Positions 54,863 to 63,476 of a stretch of 64,000 bases of DNA are shown here, piece after piece. Each line of letters opens with the position of its first letter. Positions within the stretch are counted from its first letter, which is position 1. Origin of the DNA: an uncultured virus (IMG/VR IMGVR_UViG_3300035698_005065) (lineage: Duplodnaviria; Heunggongvirae; Uroviricota; Caudoviricetes); IMG/VR virus record IMGVR_UViG_3300035698_005065; one strand, given 5' to 3'. A program made the position numbers and the translations under genes. The notes beneath the pieces were generated by a model. The model did not search any database and had not been told where the DNA came from. It was given only the letters and a program-made list of their open reading frames with translations.

Positions 54863-55117
54863 ATGATGGGACAAGATAGCGAGTATCGTGCGTGGCTAGC
54901 TTACCAAGTGGGTCTCGTCTTGGGAGATTTACCGGATAGTCCCGAGGCGAGTCTCGCGCTAGGACGGGAGGTTAAGGTCGTCGCGGCGAAACTTGCGGAG
55001 GAGGTCTGCGAAAACGGGATCAAGTCAAAAATACAGTATCTGATGACGCACGGTTTATCCGGGGACGACATCATAGAACTAACCAACCAACCAAATGAAA
55101 ATACTCACACCGATTAA
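54863..55117 (+). CDS. hypothetical protein
   Basis: 84-aa ORF. Confidence 0.5.
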   Translation: MMGQDSEYRAWLAYQVGLVLGDLPDSPEASLALGREVKVVAAKLAEEVCENGIKSKIQYLMTHGLSGDDIIELTNQPNENTHTD

Positions 55118-55406
55118 ATTCGCGTTCCACGAGGGCCCGCTACACACCCCGGCAGACGTCCGGGCTGCTGCCTGCATCCTAGGCGATATAAACCCTGCTT
55201 GCGACGTCGTGCGATCCTTCACGCTGGAGAATGACGTGACGATGCGTGACGCTCTTAACCGAATATCGGTAGAGCTGGAGAACCTCCTGCGAGGGACTCA
55301 ACTAAAATCCAGCGACTTTTCAGTGCGCGCTGACGTGCAGGAGGGATCTGATAATCGCTTCTGGAGTCGGCCGCAGAGTAAAGGGCGCCCCTACCGCCTA
55401 ATTTGA
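55095..55406 (+). CDS. hypothetical protein
   Basis: 103-aa ORF with A/C-rich leader. Confidence 0.55.
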   Translation: MKILTPIKFAFHEGPLHTPADVRAAACILGDINPACDVVRSFTLENDVTMRDALNRISVELENLLRGTQLKSSDFSVRADVQEGSDNRFWSRPQSKGRPYRLI

Positions 55407-55437
55407 TAGGGGATCACAAAAACAAAAATAAAAAACA

Positions 55438-55947
55438 ATGAAAATTGAAGACATGTTTAATTACAAAAACTTATCAAAAAGGAAAGGAGCAGCGGTCGCT
55501 CAAATTCAGGAAATATGGGACGCCGGTTTCATGCATCGCGTGCAGGCCAAGACCACGGCTGAACTAATCTTAGGAGGCGGCGACGGCGACAGCTACATCG
55601 AGGTGATCGCTAAGGTGCACGCGGCCATCGCCGAGATGCCGACCGTGACCGACAAGGATGCGGACGAGCCAAGCGCGGCGCTGCACTACTTCCACCCCGC
55701 GGGGGACTGGTGGATCATCGCCAAAGACGTCCCCCTTACTAAGAAGGAGAAGTCCGCAGGAATGAGAGAGCAGTCTCAAGCATTAGGCTACGCTCGTCTG
55801 TCCGGGATGCCCGAGTGTGCCGAATACGGTTACATCGATTTGGGAGGTATACTCGCAGCTGGCGGGTCGTTTCACACGGAGATGGACTACCACTGGGACG
55901 CGTCCCAGACTATGAAATCCGTAATTGAGAAACTCTCCAAGTCATGA
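55438..55947 (+). CDS. DUF2958-like protein
   Basis: LHYFHPAGDWWI..ALGYARL..EYGYIDL..EMDYHW. Confidence 0.55.
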   Translation: MKIEDMFNYKNLSKRKGAAVAQIQEIWDAGFMHRVQAKTTAELILGGGDGDSYIEVIAKVHAAIAEMPTVTDKDADEPSAALHYFHPAGDWWIIAKDVPLTKKEKSAGMREQSQALGYARLSGMPECAEYGYIDLGGILAAGGSFHTEMDYHWDASQTMKSVIEKLSKS

Positions 55948-56002
55948 ATTACCAGCTGAAGGAGTGGGGATCGCCCCGCTTACAAAACAAACCTAGACGT
56001 AA

Positions 56003-56425
56003 ATGCGTAAAATAAGATTGTTACTAGTTGGCGGACGTCGCGGCCCCACGCTTGAAGCGGAGGATGGGAGCGACGCTGAAGTAAGAGCGCGCTACGTCGG
56101 CCTTCGCTCTATCGAAGATCGCAGGGTGAGCGGCGTCGTGTTCTACGACCGCGACCCCTACGTCGGCGTGGCGGACACATGGCCGAAGCCGGGGGACTGG
56201 GTTGCTTTCCTGTCCACTGGCGACGTGCTTGGGCACGTCGTAGACGTTACTGACGCGATCGTGACTTATCAAAAAGCGAACGATGTCGGTAAAGCCACTA
56301 ACACATTCATCTGGGTCCACGAAGGGGGCCAGCTGAATACGATGCACACTTGGAAGACCCGGCGAAACGCGGGTCGTGAATTCAATGAATATAAAGCTAC
56401 CACTCATATTACCAACAACCAATAA
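56003..56425 (+). CDS. hypothetical protein
   Basis: 140-aa ORF. Confidence 0.55.
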   Translation: MRKIRLLLVGGRRGPTLEAEDGSDAEVRARYVGLRSIEDRRVSGVVFYDRDPYVGVADTWPKPGDWVAFLSTGDVLGHVVDVTDAIVTYQKANDVGKATNTFIWVHEGGQLNTMHTWKTRRNAGREFNEYKATTHITNNQ

Positions 56426-56427
56426 AC

Positions 56428-56763
56428 ATGGAAGGATTAAACAAAAACATACCACAGGATCTGATCGACCGCATGAAATCTGCCGGGTGCGGACGCTTCA
56501 CATTTTACGCAAGCGGCGGATCGGACGAAGGTTACTTCGACGTCGTCGGGTGGGAGGAGAGGAGCAACGTGTCCGTATTCCTGGACGAGCTCGTCGAAGC
56601 TATCGCGTCTGATTACAGCGTCGACGCCGCCGAAGGCGACTACGGGACCGACATTGAGTTTGACTTGCACGCTATGACCGCGACCCATAAGGAGTGGCAT
56701 ATGGAGGCGTCCTACGCAGAGCCCAGCACTCAACAAATCGCACCAGCGACGGAAGCGCCATGA
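56428..56763 (+). CDS. DUF6878-like acidic protein
   Basis: ASGGSDEG motif; adjacent to DUF6915-like gene. Confidence 0.5.
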   Translation: MEGLNKNIPQDLIDRMKSAGCGRFTFYASGGSDEGYFDVVGWEERSNVSVFLDELVEAIASDYSVDAAEGDYGTDIEFDLHAMTATHKEWHMEASYAEPSTQQIAPATEAP

Positions 56764-57146
56764 CTCCGCTAAAACACGCTCAAAGTAGCGTTCGTAAATG
56801 GAAGGGGGAGGTGTTGGATTACCTGCCGATACATGAGTTTTTCGACGAGACTAAGCAATTCACCGGTGACTGGACGCACCGGGCCCTACGTCACCACTCC
56901 GCTGGCGTGCAGTGGGCTGTCGCCCTGTTCGGGCACGTTATCACCAACGCTGACGGCACCCTAGTTCCGGTGAAGATGGTGGCAGAGCAGCACGTCACTG
57001 AGGACTGCGGGTTCGTTCCCACGCCGCAGGATTGGCTGCGGGGATTGGCTGATAGGTCAGAGCCTTGGATGCTGCGTGTCGATACTAAGTTGGTGACTGA
57101 GAGAATCCAGCCCGAGAATTCAAAGATGGGCAATCCATACGACTAA
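56760..57146 (+). CDS. DUF6915-like His-rich protein
   Basis: PLKHAQSS..DYLPIHEFFDETK..HRALRHHSAG..AEQHVTEDCG..PTPQDW. Confidence 0.65.
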   Translation: MTPLKHAQSSVRKWKGEVLDYLPIHEFFDETKQFTGDWTHRALRHHSAGVQWAVALFGHVITNADGTLVPVKMVAEQHVTEDCGFVPTPQDWLRGLADRSEPWMLRVDTKLVTERIQPENSKMGNPYD

Positions 57147-57150
57147 TATT

Positions 57151-57390
57151 ATGCCAACACCTAAAAACATACCACCCCCACCACCGGACCGCGCAGAGCG
57201 CATGCTAAAGTTCTTCGCGTGCGAGCACTTGCCTACGAGCGCCTCGCGTAAAGTCGCAGAGGAGTTTCGGGCACTCGCGCGCATTATTGATGCGCGCATC
57301 AAGCAGGGACCGGAGAGGACCGTGACTTTACGCAAGCTCCTCGAGGCTCGAGACGCCGCCGTGCGCGCAACCCTTAACCCAGGAGGATAA
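57151..57390 (+). CDS. small helical-hairpin phage protein, possibly Acb2/Tad1-related
   Basis: FFACEHLP..GPERTVTLRKLLEARDAAVRA. Confidence 0.55.
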   Translation: MPTPKNIPPPPPDRAERMLKFFACEHLPTSASRKVAEEFRALARIIDARIKQGPERTVTLRKLLEARDAAVRATLNPGG

Positions 57391-57620
57391 TGAGCGACTT
57401 ACCTTACGAGACGATCCCCCACCCGTTCAACAAAGGAGATAAGAGGCGCGTTTACGTGCTGCCGGTCATGACTCGCATAGAGTTAGAGGTCGACGACGAC
57501 CTCGACCAATGCGAGATCGACTCTCTAATCAAGCGACTGCAGTCTCAAGAGATGCACCTGAGTTTGATAAGCGGCCGCTACAGAGCGCGGAGCTTAAAAC
57601 CTACCAAAGACAACCAATGA
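57390..57620 (+). CDS. hypothetical protein
   Basis: coupled by ATGA to first array unit. Confidence 0.55.
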   Translation: MSDLPYETIPHPFNKGDKRRVYVLPVMTRIELEVDDDLDQCEIDSLIKRLQSQEMHLSLISGRYRARSLKPTKDNQ

Positions 57621-58078
57621 AATTAAAACAATCTGGGCCTCTTGCGCCCACCAATGAACCGTGGAATCTCATCCGCGATGCCATTTTCGATCTTGGACTT
57701 CAAGAGCAGCAGGAGGGCGTGGAGATCGAGATGGAAAGTCGGGGAACGATGAACGAGTGGCACGATCAACGCGACGGCGCGTGTCACCAGTGCCTCGCCG
57801 GGTCTGTCATGTCCCGGCGCCTTGGCGTTAATACTGACGCCTCCGCTTTCCCGTTCAACTTCCCCGACGACGTGAGAGACAGGCTCTGCGCGCTGGACGA
57901 TTTCCGCAACGGGGAGATTGGCTTCGCCTACCGCGAGCTGAAACTAGAACTCCCCTCCTCGATTCCTGAGCGCGTGTTTATCCCGGACTACCACCACGGC
58001 CACGCCGCCTTCAAGGCATCCATGCTAAAACTCGCCGACCAATTAGAGGCGGCACAACCAACCAAAACCAAGCTATGA
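57617..58078 (+). CDS. array paralog 1 (W-H/CxxC protein)
   Basis: QSGPLAPTNEPW..WH..CHQCLAGSVMSRRLG..FKASMLKLAD. Confidence 0.85.
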   Translation: MKLKQSGPLAPTNEPWNLIRDAIFDLGLQEQQEGVEIEMESRGTMNEWHDQRDGACHQCLAGSVMSRRLGVNTDASAFPFNFPDDVRDRLCALDDFRNGEIGFAYRELKLELPSSIPERVFIPDYHHGHAAFKASMLKLADQLEAAQPTKTKL

Positions 58079-58515
58079 TACTAGAACAATCCGGGGAACT
58101 CGCGCCCGCCAATGAACCGTGGACCCTCATCCGCGATGCGATCCACGACCTCGAACTTCAAGAGAAGCAGGAGGGCGTCGATGTCGATATGAGCGGCTGG
58201 CACGTTCCAATTATCAACGGCGCGTGTCACCAGTGCCTCGCCAGGTCTGTCATGTCCCGGCACCTTGGTATTGATACGGATAATCGCGCAGACCCGTTCG
58301 ACTACCCCGACGACGTAGCGGGCAGGCTCCGCGCGCTGAACTGGCTCAGCATCGGGGAGGTTAACGTTGCCTACCGCAGGCTGAAACTAGAGTTCCCCGA
58401 TACGCTTCCTGAGCGCGTGCACATCCCGGGCTACCGCCACAGCCCGCCCGCCTTCAAGTCCGCTATGCTCGACCTCGCCGACCGATTAGAGTCGGCACAA
58501 CCAGTCAACCAATGA
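58075..58515 (+). CDS. array paralog 2
   Basis: same motifs, ATGA overlap. Confidence 0.85.
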   Translation: MILEQSGELAPANEPWTLIRDAIHDLELQEKQEGVDVDMSGWHVPIINGACHQCLARSVMSRHLGIDTDNRADPFDYPDDVAGRLRALNWLSIGEVNVAYRRLKLEFPDTLPERVHIPGYRHSPPAFKSAMLDLADRLESAQPVNQ

Positions 58516-58955
58516 AATTGAAACAATCCGGGCCTCTTGCGCCCGTCAATGAACCGTGGACCTTGATCCGCGACGCCATCCACGACCTGACGCTTCAAGA
58601 AAAGCTGAAGGGCGTTAAGATTCGCATGTCTAATTGGCACTTACCAAGCGCCGGCGTGTGTCACCAATGTCTCGCCGGGTCTGTCATGTCGCGGCGCCTC
58701 GGCGTTGATACTAATGCTGACACGCGCCCACACGAATTACCAGACGTAGCGGCCAGGCTCCGCGCGCTGGAGGAGTTACGGTGCGGGGAGATTAGAGCCG
58801 CCTACCACAAGCTGAAACTAGAGCGCCCCGCTTCGCTTCCTGTGCGCGTGCCTATCCCGAACTACCACCGCCGCGGTCCCTCCGCCTTCAAGGCAGCCAT
58901 GCTAAAACTCGCCGACCGACTCGAGTTAGCGCAACCAGAACCAACCAAACCATGA
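58512..58955 (+). CDS. array paralog 3
   Basis: same motifs, ATGA overlap. Confidence 0.85.
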   Translation: MKLKQSGPLAPVNEPWTLIRDAIHDLTLQEKLKGVKIRMSNWHLPSAGVCHQCLAGSVMSRRLGVDTNADTRPHELPDVAARLRALEELRCGEIRAAYHKLKLERPASLPVRVPIPNYHRRGPSAFKAAMLKLADRLELAQPEPTKP

Positions 58956-59398
58956 TACTAGAACAATCCGGGCCACTAGCGCCCGCCAACGAACCGTGGA
59001 CCTTGATCCGCGACGCCATAAAAGACCTGGAACTGCAGGAGAAGCAGAAGGGCGTTAAGATCGAGATGGGCCGTTGGCACACCCCGTATCATTACGGCAA
59101 CGGCGTGTGTCACCAATGTCTCGCTGGGGCTGTCATGTCGCGGCGCCTCGGCGCTGATACTGACGCCTACATAGTTCCGACCAGCTTCCCCGCCGACGTT
59201 TTGGCCAGACTCGACGCGCTGGACGATTTACGCGGCGGGCATATTGGCGACGCCTACAGTTGGCTGGGACTAGAGCGTCCCTCCTCGATTCCTGAGCGCG
59301 TGTTTATCCCGCACTACCACTTCGGCCCAGCCGCCTTCAAGGCAGCCATGCTAAAACTCGCCGACCGATTAGAGGCGGCACAACCAACCAAACCATGA
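58952..59398 (+). CDS. array paralog 4
   Basis: same motifs, ATGA overlap. Confidence 0.85.
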   Translation: MILEQSGPLAPANEPWTLIRDAIKDLELQEKQKGVKIEMGRWHTPYHYGNGVCHQCLAGAVMSRRLGADTDAYIVPTSFPADVLARLDALDDLRGGHIGDAYSWLGLERPSSIPERVFIPHYHFGPAAFKAAMLKLADRLEAAQPTKP

Positions 59399-59826
59399 TA
59401 CTAGAACAATCAGGGACACTCGCTCCCGCCAATGAACCGTGGACCCTCATCCGCGACGCCATCCACGACCTGACGCTCCAAGAGAAGCAGAAGGGCGTTG
59501 CGATCGATATGTTCGACTGGCACTACCCTCACGATACCGGGTGTTACCAGTGCCTCGCAGGTGTGGTAATGTCGCGCAGGCTAGACGCTGATACTGATAA
59601 CACCGCAAGCCCGTGCGGCTACCCCGACGACGTGAGAGACAGGCTCTACGCGCTGAACTCACTCCGCGGCGGGGCGATTGGCATCGCCTACGATTATCTG
59701 GGGCTAAAGCGCCCCGCTTCTCTTACTGCGCGCGTAACTATCCCGGGCTACCACCGCGTCTCCCCAGCCGCCTTCAAGGCAGCCATGCTCAAACTCGCCG
59801 ACCAACTCGAGGCGGCACACCATTAG
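59395..59826 (+). CDS. array paralog 5 (C-terminus altered at RNAP junction)
   Basis: ends EAAHH instead of EAAQPTKP. Confidence 0.85.
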   Translation: MILEQSGTLAPANEPWTLIRDAIHDLTLQEKQKGVAIDMFDWHYPHDTGCYQCLAGVVMSRRLDADTDNTASPCGYPDDVRDRLYALNSLRGGAIGIAYDYLGLKRPASLTARVTIPGYHRVSPAAFKAAMLKLADQLEAAHH

Positions 59827-59828
59827 TC

Positions 59829-59865
59829 TCGCCTAAGCAGCGGCGCGGGGTAAAATAACCGCATG
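59829..59865 (+). promoter_or_regulatory. likely leaderless promoter of beta-prime fragment
   Basis: TAAAAT (59851-59856)-6 nt-ATG. Confidence 0.45.
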
Positions 59866-61074
59866 ACCGACGATATCCCGACCACCGGCCCAGAGGCTAT
59901 TATGCACGCGTTGCAGCGTATGGACTTAGACGCCATCGAGAAGGAGCAACGCCAAGTCATCACCGACCGCAAGAAGACGAAAAGACCGCGGGCTGTGCGT
60001 TTATTGAACATCATCGCGGGCCTACGTAAGAACGAGATGCAGCCATCCGAACTGATGGTGCACAGTGTACCGGTGATACCTCCGAAGTTCCGCCCGTTCT
60101 CGGTTACCGGGAACACCTTCCTGCCCGGAGACGCCAACGAACTCTACCGTGATCTGATGGAGTATCAGCGCCTCTACAACAAGACAGAGGAGGTCATGGG
60201 TCGCGGTGCGGCCGGTGAAGTCTACGAGGATTTAAATAAAGCAGTGCGGGCCGTTTACGGGTATGGGGAATCTCCCAATCCCAAGACTCGTGCGCGTAAG
60301 GTTAAGGGATTCTTCACGGCCGTGACTGGGACGAACCCTAAGACGAGCTGGTTGCAAAGTAAGATGCTGTCGAAGCCTGTCGATACGGTCGGTCGCGGCG
60401 TCATTGTCCCGGACGCAGATCTGGGTATGGACGAGATCGGAATCCCGGAAGAGATGGGATGGAAGCAGTTCGGTAACTACGTGCAGCGCCGCCTAGTGCG
60501 TAGCGGTATGTCAGCGCCCGACGCCCTGAGACACTTGGTGAATCGCACCCCGCAAGCTAGGAAGGCTTTGGAGATGGAGTTGCCGGAGCGTCCGATTGTT
60601 TTGACCCGCTCGCCGAGTTGGATAAAGACCGGGGTCATCGGCCAGATCGCTAGGCTTGTCCCAGGCGACGCGATACAGATCAATAACTTTGTTTCGGCAG
60701 GACTCGGAGCCGACTTCGACGGGGATACCGTTTCCATCCACACCCCGTCGTCTGACGAGACTGTCAAGAATGTGAGGGAGAAGCTGATGGCTTCCCACAT
60801 GCTTTGGTCTACGAAGGATCGGGACACCGCGAACGCAATACCTAAACACGAGAGTGTGCTTGGGCTCTCGCTCGGGCGCGACTCGGGAGGTAAGAAACGC
60901 TACTACGACACGGACGAGGATGCTATGGCCGCTATCGATAGCGGAGAGATGGATCTCAATGACGACGTCGAGATCGGCACTAACCCCAACCAACCAAACC
61001 ATGATACTAGAACAATCAGGGGCACTCGCGCCCGCCAACGAGCCGTGGACCCTCATCCGCGACGCTATCCATGA
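59863..61074 (+). CDS. RNA polymerase beta-prime-like catalytic fragment
   Basis: VPVIPPKFRP, DANELYR, KPVDTVGRGVIVP..IGIPEEM, LTRSPS, GADFDGD (60706-60726), SIHTP. Confidence 0.92.
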   Translation: MTDDIPTTGPEAIMHALQRMDLDAIEKEQRQVITDRKKTKRPRAVRLLNIIAGLRKNEMQPSELMVHSVPVIPPKFRPFSVTGNTFLPGDANELYRDLMEYQRLYNKTEEVMGRGAAGEVYEDLNKAVRAVYGYGESPNPKTRARKVKGFFTAVTGTNPKTSWLQSKMLSKPVDTVGRGVIVPDADLGMDEIGIPEEMGWKQFGNYVQRRLVRSGMSAPDALRHLVNRTPQARKALEMELPERPIVLTRSPSWIKTGVIGQIARLVPGDAIQINNFVSAGLGADFDGDTVSIHTPSSDETVKNVREKLMASHMLWSTKDRDTANAIPKHESVLGLSLGRDSGGKKRYYDTDEDAMAAIDSGEMDLNDDVEIGTNPNQPNHDTRTIRGTRARQRAVDPHPRRYP

Positions 61075-61438
61075 CCTGACGCTTCAAGAGAAGCAGAAGG
61101 GCGTTAGGATCGAGATGAGCGACTGGCACTTCCCACACGACGGCGTGTGTCACCAATGTCTCGCTGGGGCTGTCATGTCGCGGCGCCTCGGCGTTGATAC
61201 GAATGACAACAAGTTCCCGTTCGACTTCCCCAAAGACGTAGCGGCCAGGCTCCGCGCGCTGGACCATTTACGTTACGGGAGTATTGTCTTCGCCTACCGC
61301 AAGCTGGAACTAGTGCGCCCCGCTGAGCTTCCTTTTGATGTGACCGTCCCGGACTACCACCGCGGCCCAGCCGCCTTCAAGTCAGCCATGCTAAAACTCG
61401 CCGACCTACTCGAGTCGGCACAACCAACCAAACCATGA
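61001..61438 (+). CDS. array paralog 6
   Basis: same motifs; overlaps RNAP ORF tail. Confidence 0.85.
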   Translation: MILEQSGALAPANEPWTLIRDAIHDLTLQEKQKGVRIEMSDWHFPHDGVCHQCLAGAVMSRRLGVDTNDNKFPFDFPKDVAARLRALDHLRYGSIVFAYRKLELVRPAELPFDVTVPDYHRGPAAFKSAMLKLADLLESAQPTKP

Positions 61439-61881
61439 TACTAGAACAATCCGGGGCACTCGCTCCCGCCAATGAACCGTGGACCTTGATCCGCGACGCC
61501 ATAAAAGACCTCGAACTTCAAGAGAAGCAGGCGGGCGTTAAGATCGAGATGCGCGACTGGCACTTCCCACGCGGCGGTGGTGTGTGTCACCAGTGCCTCG
61601 CCGGGTCTGTCATGTCGCGGCGCCTCGGCGTTGATACTGATTACGACGCAGACCCGTTCGACTACCCCGAAGACGTAGCGGACAGGCTCCGCGCGCTGGA
61701 CGATTTACGCACCGGGGAGATTGGCTTCGCCTACCGCAAGCTGAAACTAGAGCGCCCTGATACGTTTCCTGCGCGCGTGCCTATCCCACGCTACGCAGAC
61801 GGCCCAGCCGCCTTCAAGTCAGCCATGCTAAAACTCGCCGACCAATTAGAGGCGGCACAACCAGAACCAACCAAGCCATGA
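61435..61881 (+). CDS. array paralog 7
   Basis: same motifs, ATGA overlap. Confidence 0.85.
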   Translation: MILEQSGALAPANEPWTLIRDAIKDLELQEKQAGVKIEMRDWHFPRGGGVCHQCLAGSVMSRRLGVDTDYDADPFDYPEDVADRLRALDDLRTGEIGFAYRKLKLERPDTFPARVPIPRYADGPAAFKSAMLKLADQLEAAQPEPTKP

Positions 61882-62324
61882 AATTGAAACAATCCGGGAC
61901 GCTCGCTCCCGCCAACGAACCGTGGACTCTCATCCGCGATGCCATTTTCGATCTTGAACTCCAAGAGAAGCAGAAGGGCGCGAAGATCGCGATGGGCGAC
62001 TGGCACTTACCACGCGACGGCGTGTGTTCGCAGTGCCTCGCCGGGTCTGTCATGTCGCGACGCCTCGGCGTTGATACGAATGACAACAAGTTCCCGTCCA
62101 CCTTCCCCGAAGACATAGCGGCCAGGCTCTACGCGCTGGACCATTTCCGCAACGGGGACATTGACGACGCCTACCGCAAGCTGGAACTAGAGTGTCCCGC
62201 TTCGCTTCCTTATAGCGTGCCTATCCCGGACTACGAAAACGGCCCACCCGCCTTCAAGGCGGCCATGCTAAAACTCGCCGACCTACTCGAGTCGGCACAA
62301 CCAAAACCAACCGCACGTCAATGA
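61878..62324 (+). CDS. array paralog 8
   Basis: same motifs, ATGA overlap. Confidence 0.85.
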   Translation: MKLKQSGTLAPANEPWTLIRDAIFDLELQEKQKGAKIAMGDWHLPRDGVCSQCLAGSVMSRRLGVDTNDNKFPSTFPEDIAARLYALDHFRNGDIDDAYRKLELECPASLPYSVPIPDYENGPPAFKAAMLKLADLLESAQPKPTARQ

Positions 62325-62686
62325 AACTGAGAAGATTATTCGCGACCTTATACGCCGCGATACTGCGCGCCGGCACTCCAGCGTCGGCCGAGCCTCCCAA
62401 GACAAACGATGCCCGACGCACCCTACGTCTCAGGGATTACGTCAGAGACATGGAGGCCGCTGGGTATGTGTGCTCCTTCTGTCAGCCCATCCCCGTCCCA
62501 GAGCTGATGACCGACCGGGAGGGAACGATAAGAATAAGCAGGGAGTCGTATGCTAACCACCTTGATTTATACCAAGAGGTGATGGTTCCTGCTGAAGATG
62601 TCGCGATTCATATCGTGATGGGTCTGCACTTCTGGTATTTCGATTCTGTATCTGCGGACGCCCCGAATATTGGAGATTATTTTTAA
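62321..62686 (+). CDS. hypothetical protein
   Basis: ATGA-coupled to paralog 8. Confidence 0.55.
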   Translation: MKLRRLFATLYAAILRAGTPASAEPPKTNDARRTLRLRDYVRDMEAAGYVCSFCQPIPVPELMTDREGTIRISRESYANHLDLYQEVMVPAEDVAIHIVMGLHFWYFDSVSADAPNIGDYF

Positions 62687-62693
62687 ACTTTAA

Positions 62694-62770
62694 GCGCGCG
62701 TAGCTTAGCGGTTCAAAGCAGCCGTCTCATAAACGGAAGATCGCGGGTTCAAATCCCGCCACGCGTACCA
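62694..62770 (+). tRNA. tRNA with CAT anticodon (elongator Met or lysidine Ile2), encoded CCA
   Basis: acceptor GCGCGCG/CACGCGT with one mismatch, D arm TAGCTTAGCGGTTCAAAGC, loop CTCATAA, T arm GCGGG-TTCAAAT-CCCGC, ACCA end. Confidence 0.9.
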
Positions 62771-62774
62771 ACTT

Positions 62775-62804
62775 AACACCCGCCCGGACAACCGGGCGGG
62801 TGTT
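62775..62804 (+). terminator. hairpin after tRNA
   Basis: AACACCCGCCCGG-ACAA-CCGGGCGGGTGTT perfect 13-bp stem. Confidence 0.7.
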
Positions 62805-62935
62805 CTAATTTACCATGAAAACAAAAAACGAAAAATGCTACTGGGACTTCAGCGCCGAGGCACCGGCGTATTCCTCCCAATATACGAGCGGCGGTCGCTC
62901 GTCCATCTTTAAGGTTAGCGCGTTCGCCGTCGAAG

Positions 62936-63205
62936 ATGCTACCACCCCCGACCGTCATGCGTGAAGTATTCTGCAGCCCTAGCCAGGGGCCAACCAAGGA
63001 AGCCCCCAAAGGCGTCTTCGCGGAGGCCTACTCCGTGACTGTGACCTACCTGACAGAGTTCGGAAAGTTGATACAAGGGGCCGAGGTCACCGTGTATGTG
63101 GACGTGCTCGCAGGAGGGGAGGAGAAGGTCAGCCACGAGAGAGCTGCCGACGTCGTGCGGGGAGCCCACCCCGGGTGCGACGTAACCAAAGTGACCTACT
63201 GGTAG
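62936..63205 (+). CDS. hypothetical protein (start uncertain)
   Basis: 89-aa ORF abutting next gene. Confidence 0.4.
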   Translation: MLPPPTVMREVFCSPSQGPTKEAPKGVFAEAYSVTVTYLTEFGKLIQGAEVTVYVDVLAGGEEKVSHERAADVVRGAHPGCDVTKVTYW

Positions 63206-63206
63206 C

Positions 63207-63458
63207 ATGAACAACAACCATTTGCGGCCCGCGTTTGCGGCCTACCAGCATTCCGTCCCAGGGTTTCCGCATGTCATACTCAAGTGGCACGAGGACAAAG
63301 GAATCGTCGTTTCGCAATACGTCACGATTAAAGGAAAAATACACCCGTGGACGTTTGAGACGGGCCACGGCATGTCCGTAAATTTCGACCGTGTCATTCC
63401 TCACTTCGAAGCGTGGGTGCGCGCGGTCTATTGGGACGACGTCACCGTGCAAGGATGA
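63207..63458 (+). CDS. hypothetical protein
   Basis: 83-aa ORF. Confidence 0.55.
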   Translation: MNNNHLRPAFAAYQHSVPGFPHVILKWHEDKGIVVSQYVTIKGKIHPWTFETGHGMSVNFDRVIPHFEAWVRAVYWDDVTVQG

Positions 63459-63476
63459 ACAAAAATCAACCAACCA

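Noticed and set aside
62815..62964. 49-aa ORF after the tRNA, possibly frameshifted with 62936-63205
   Set aside because: It has a plausible leader but is too short and has no motif to support a call.
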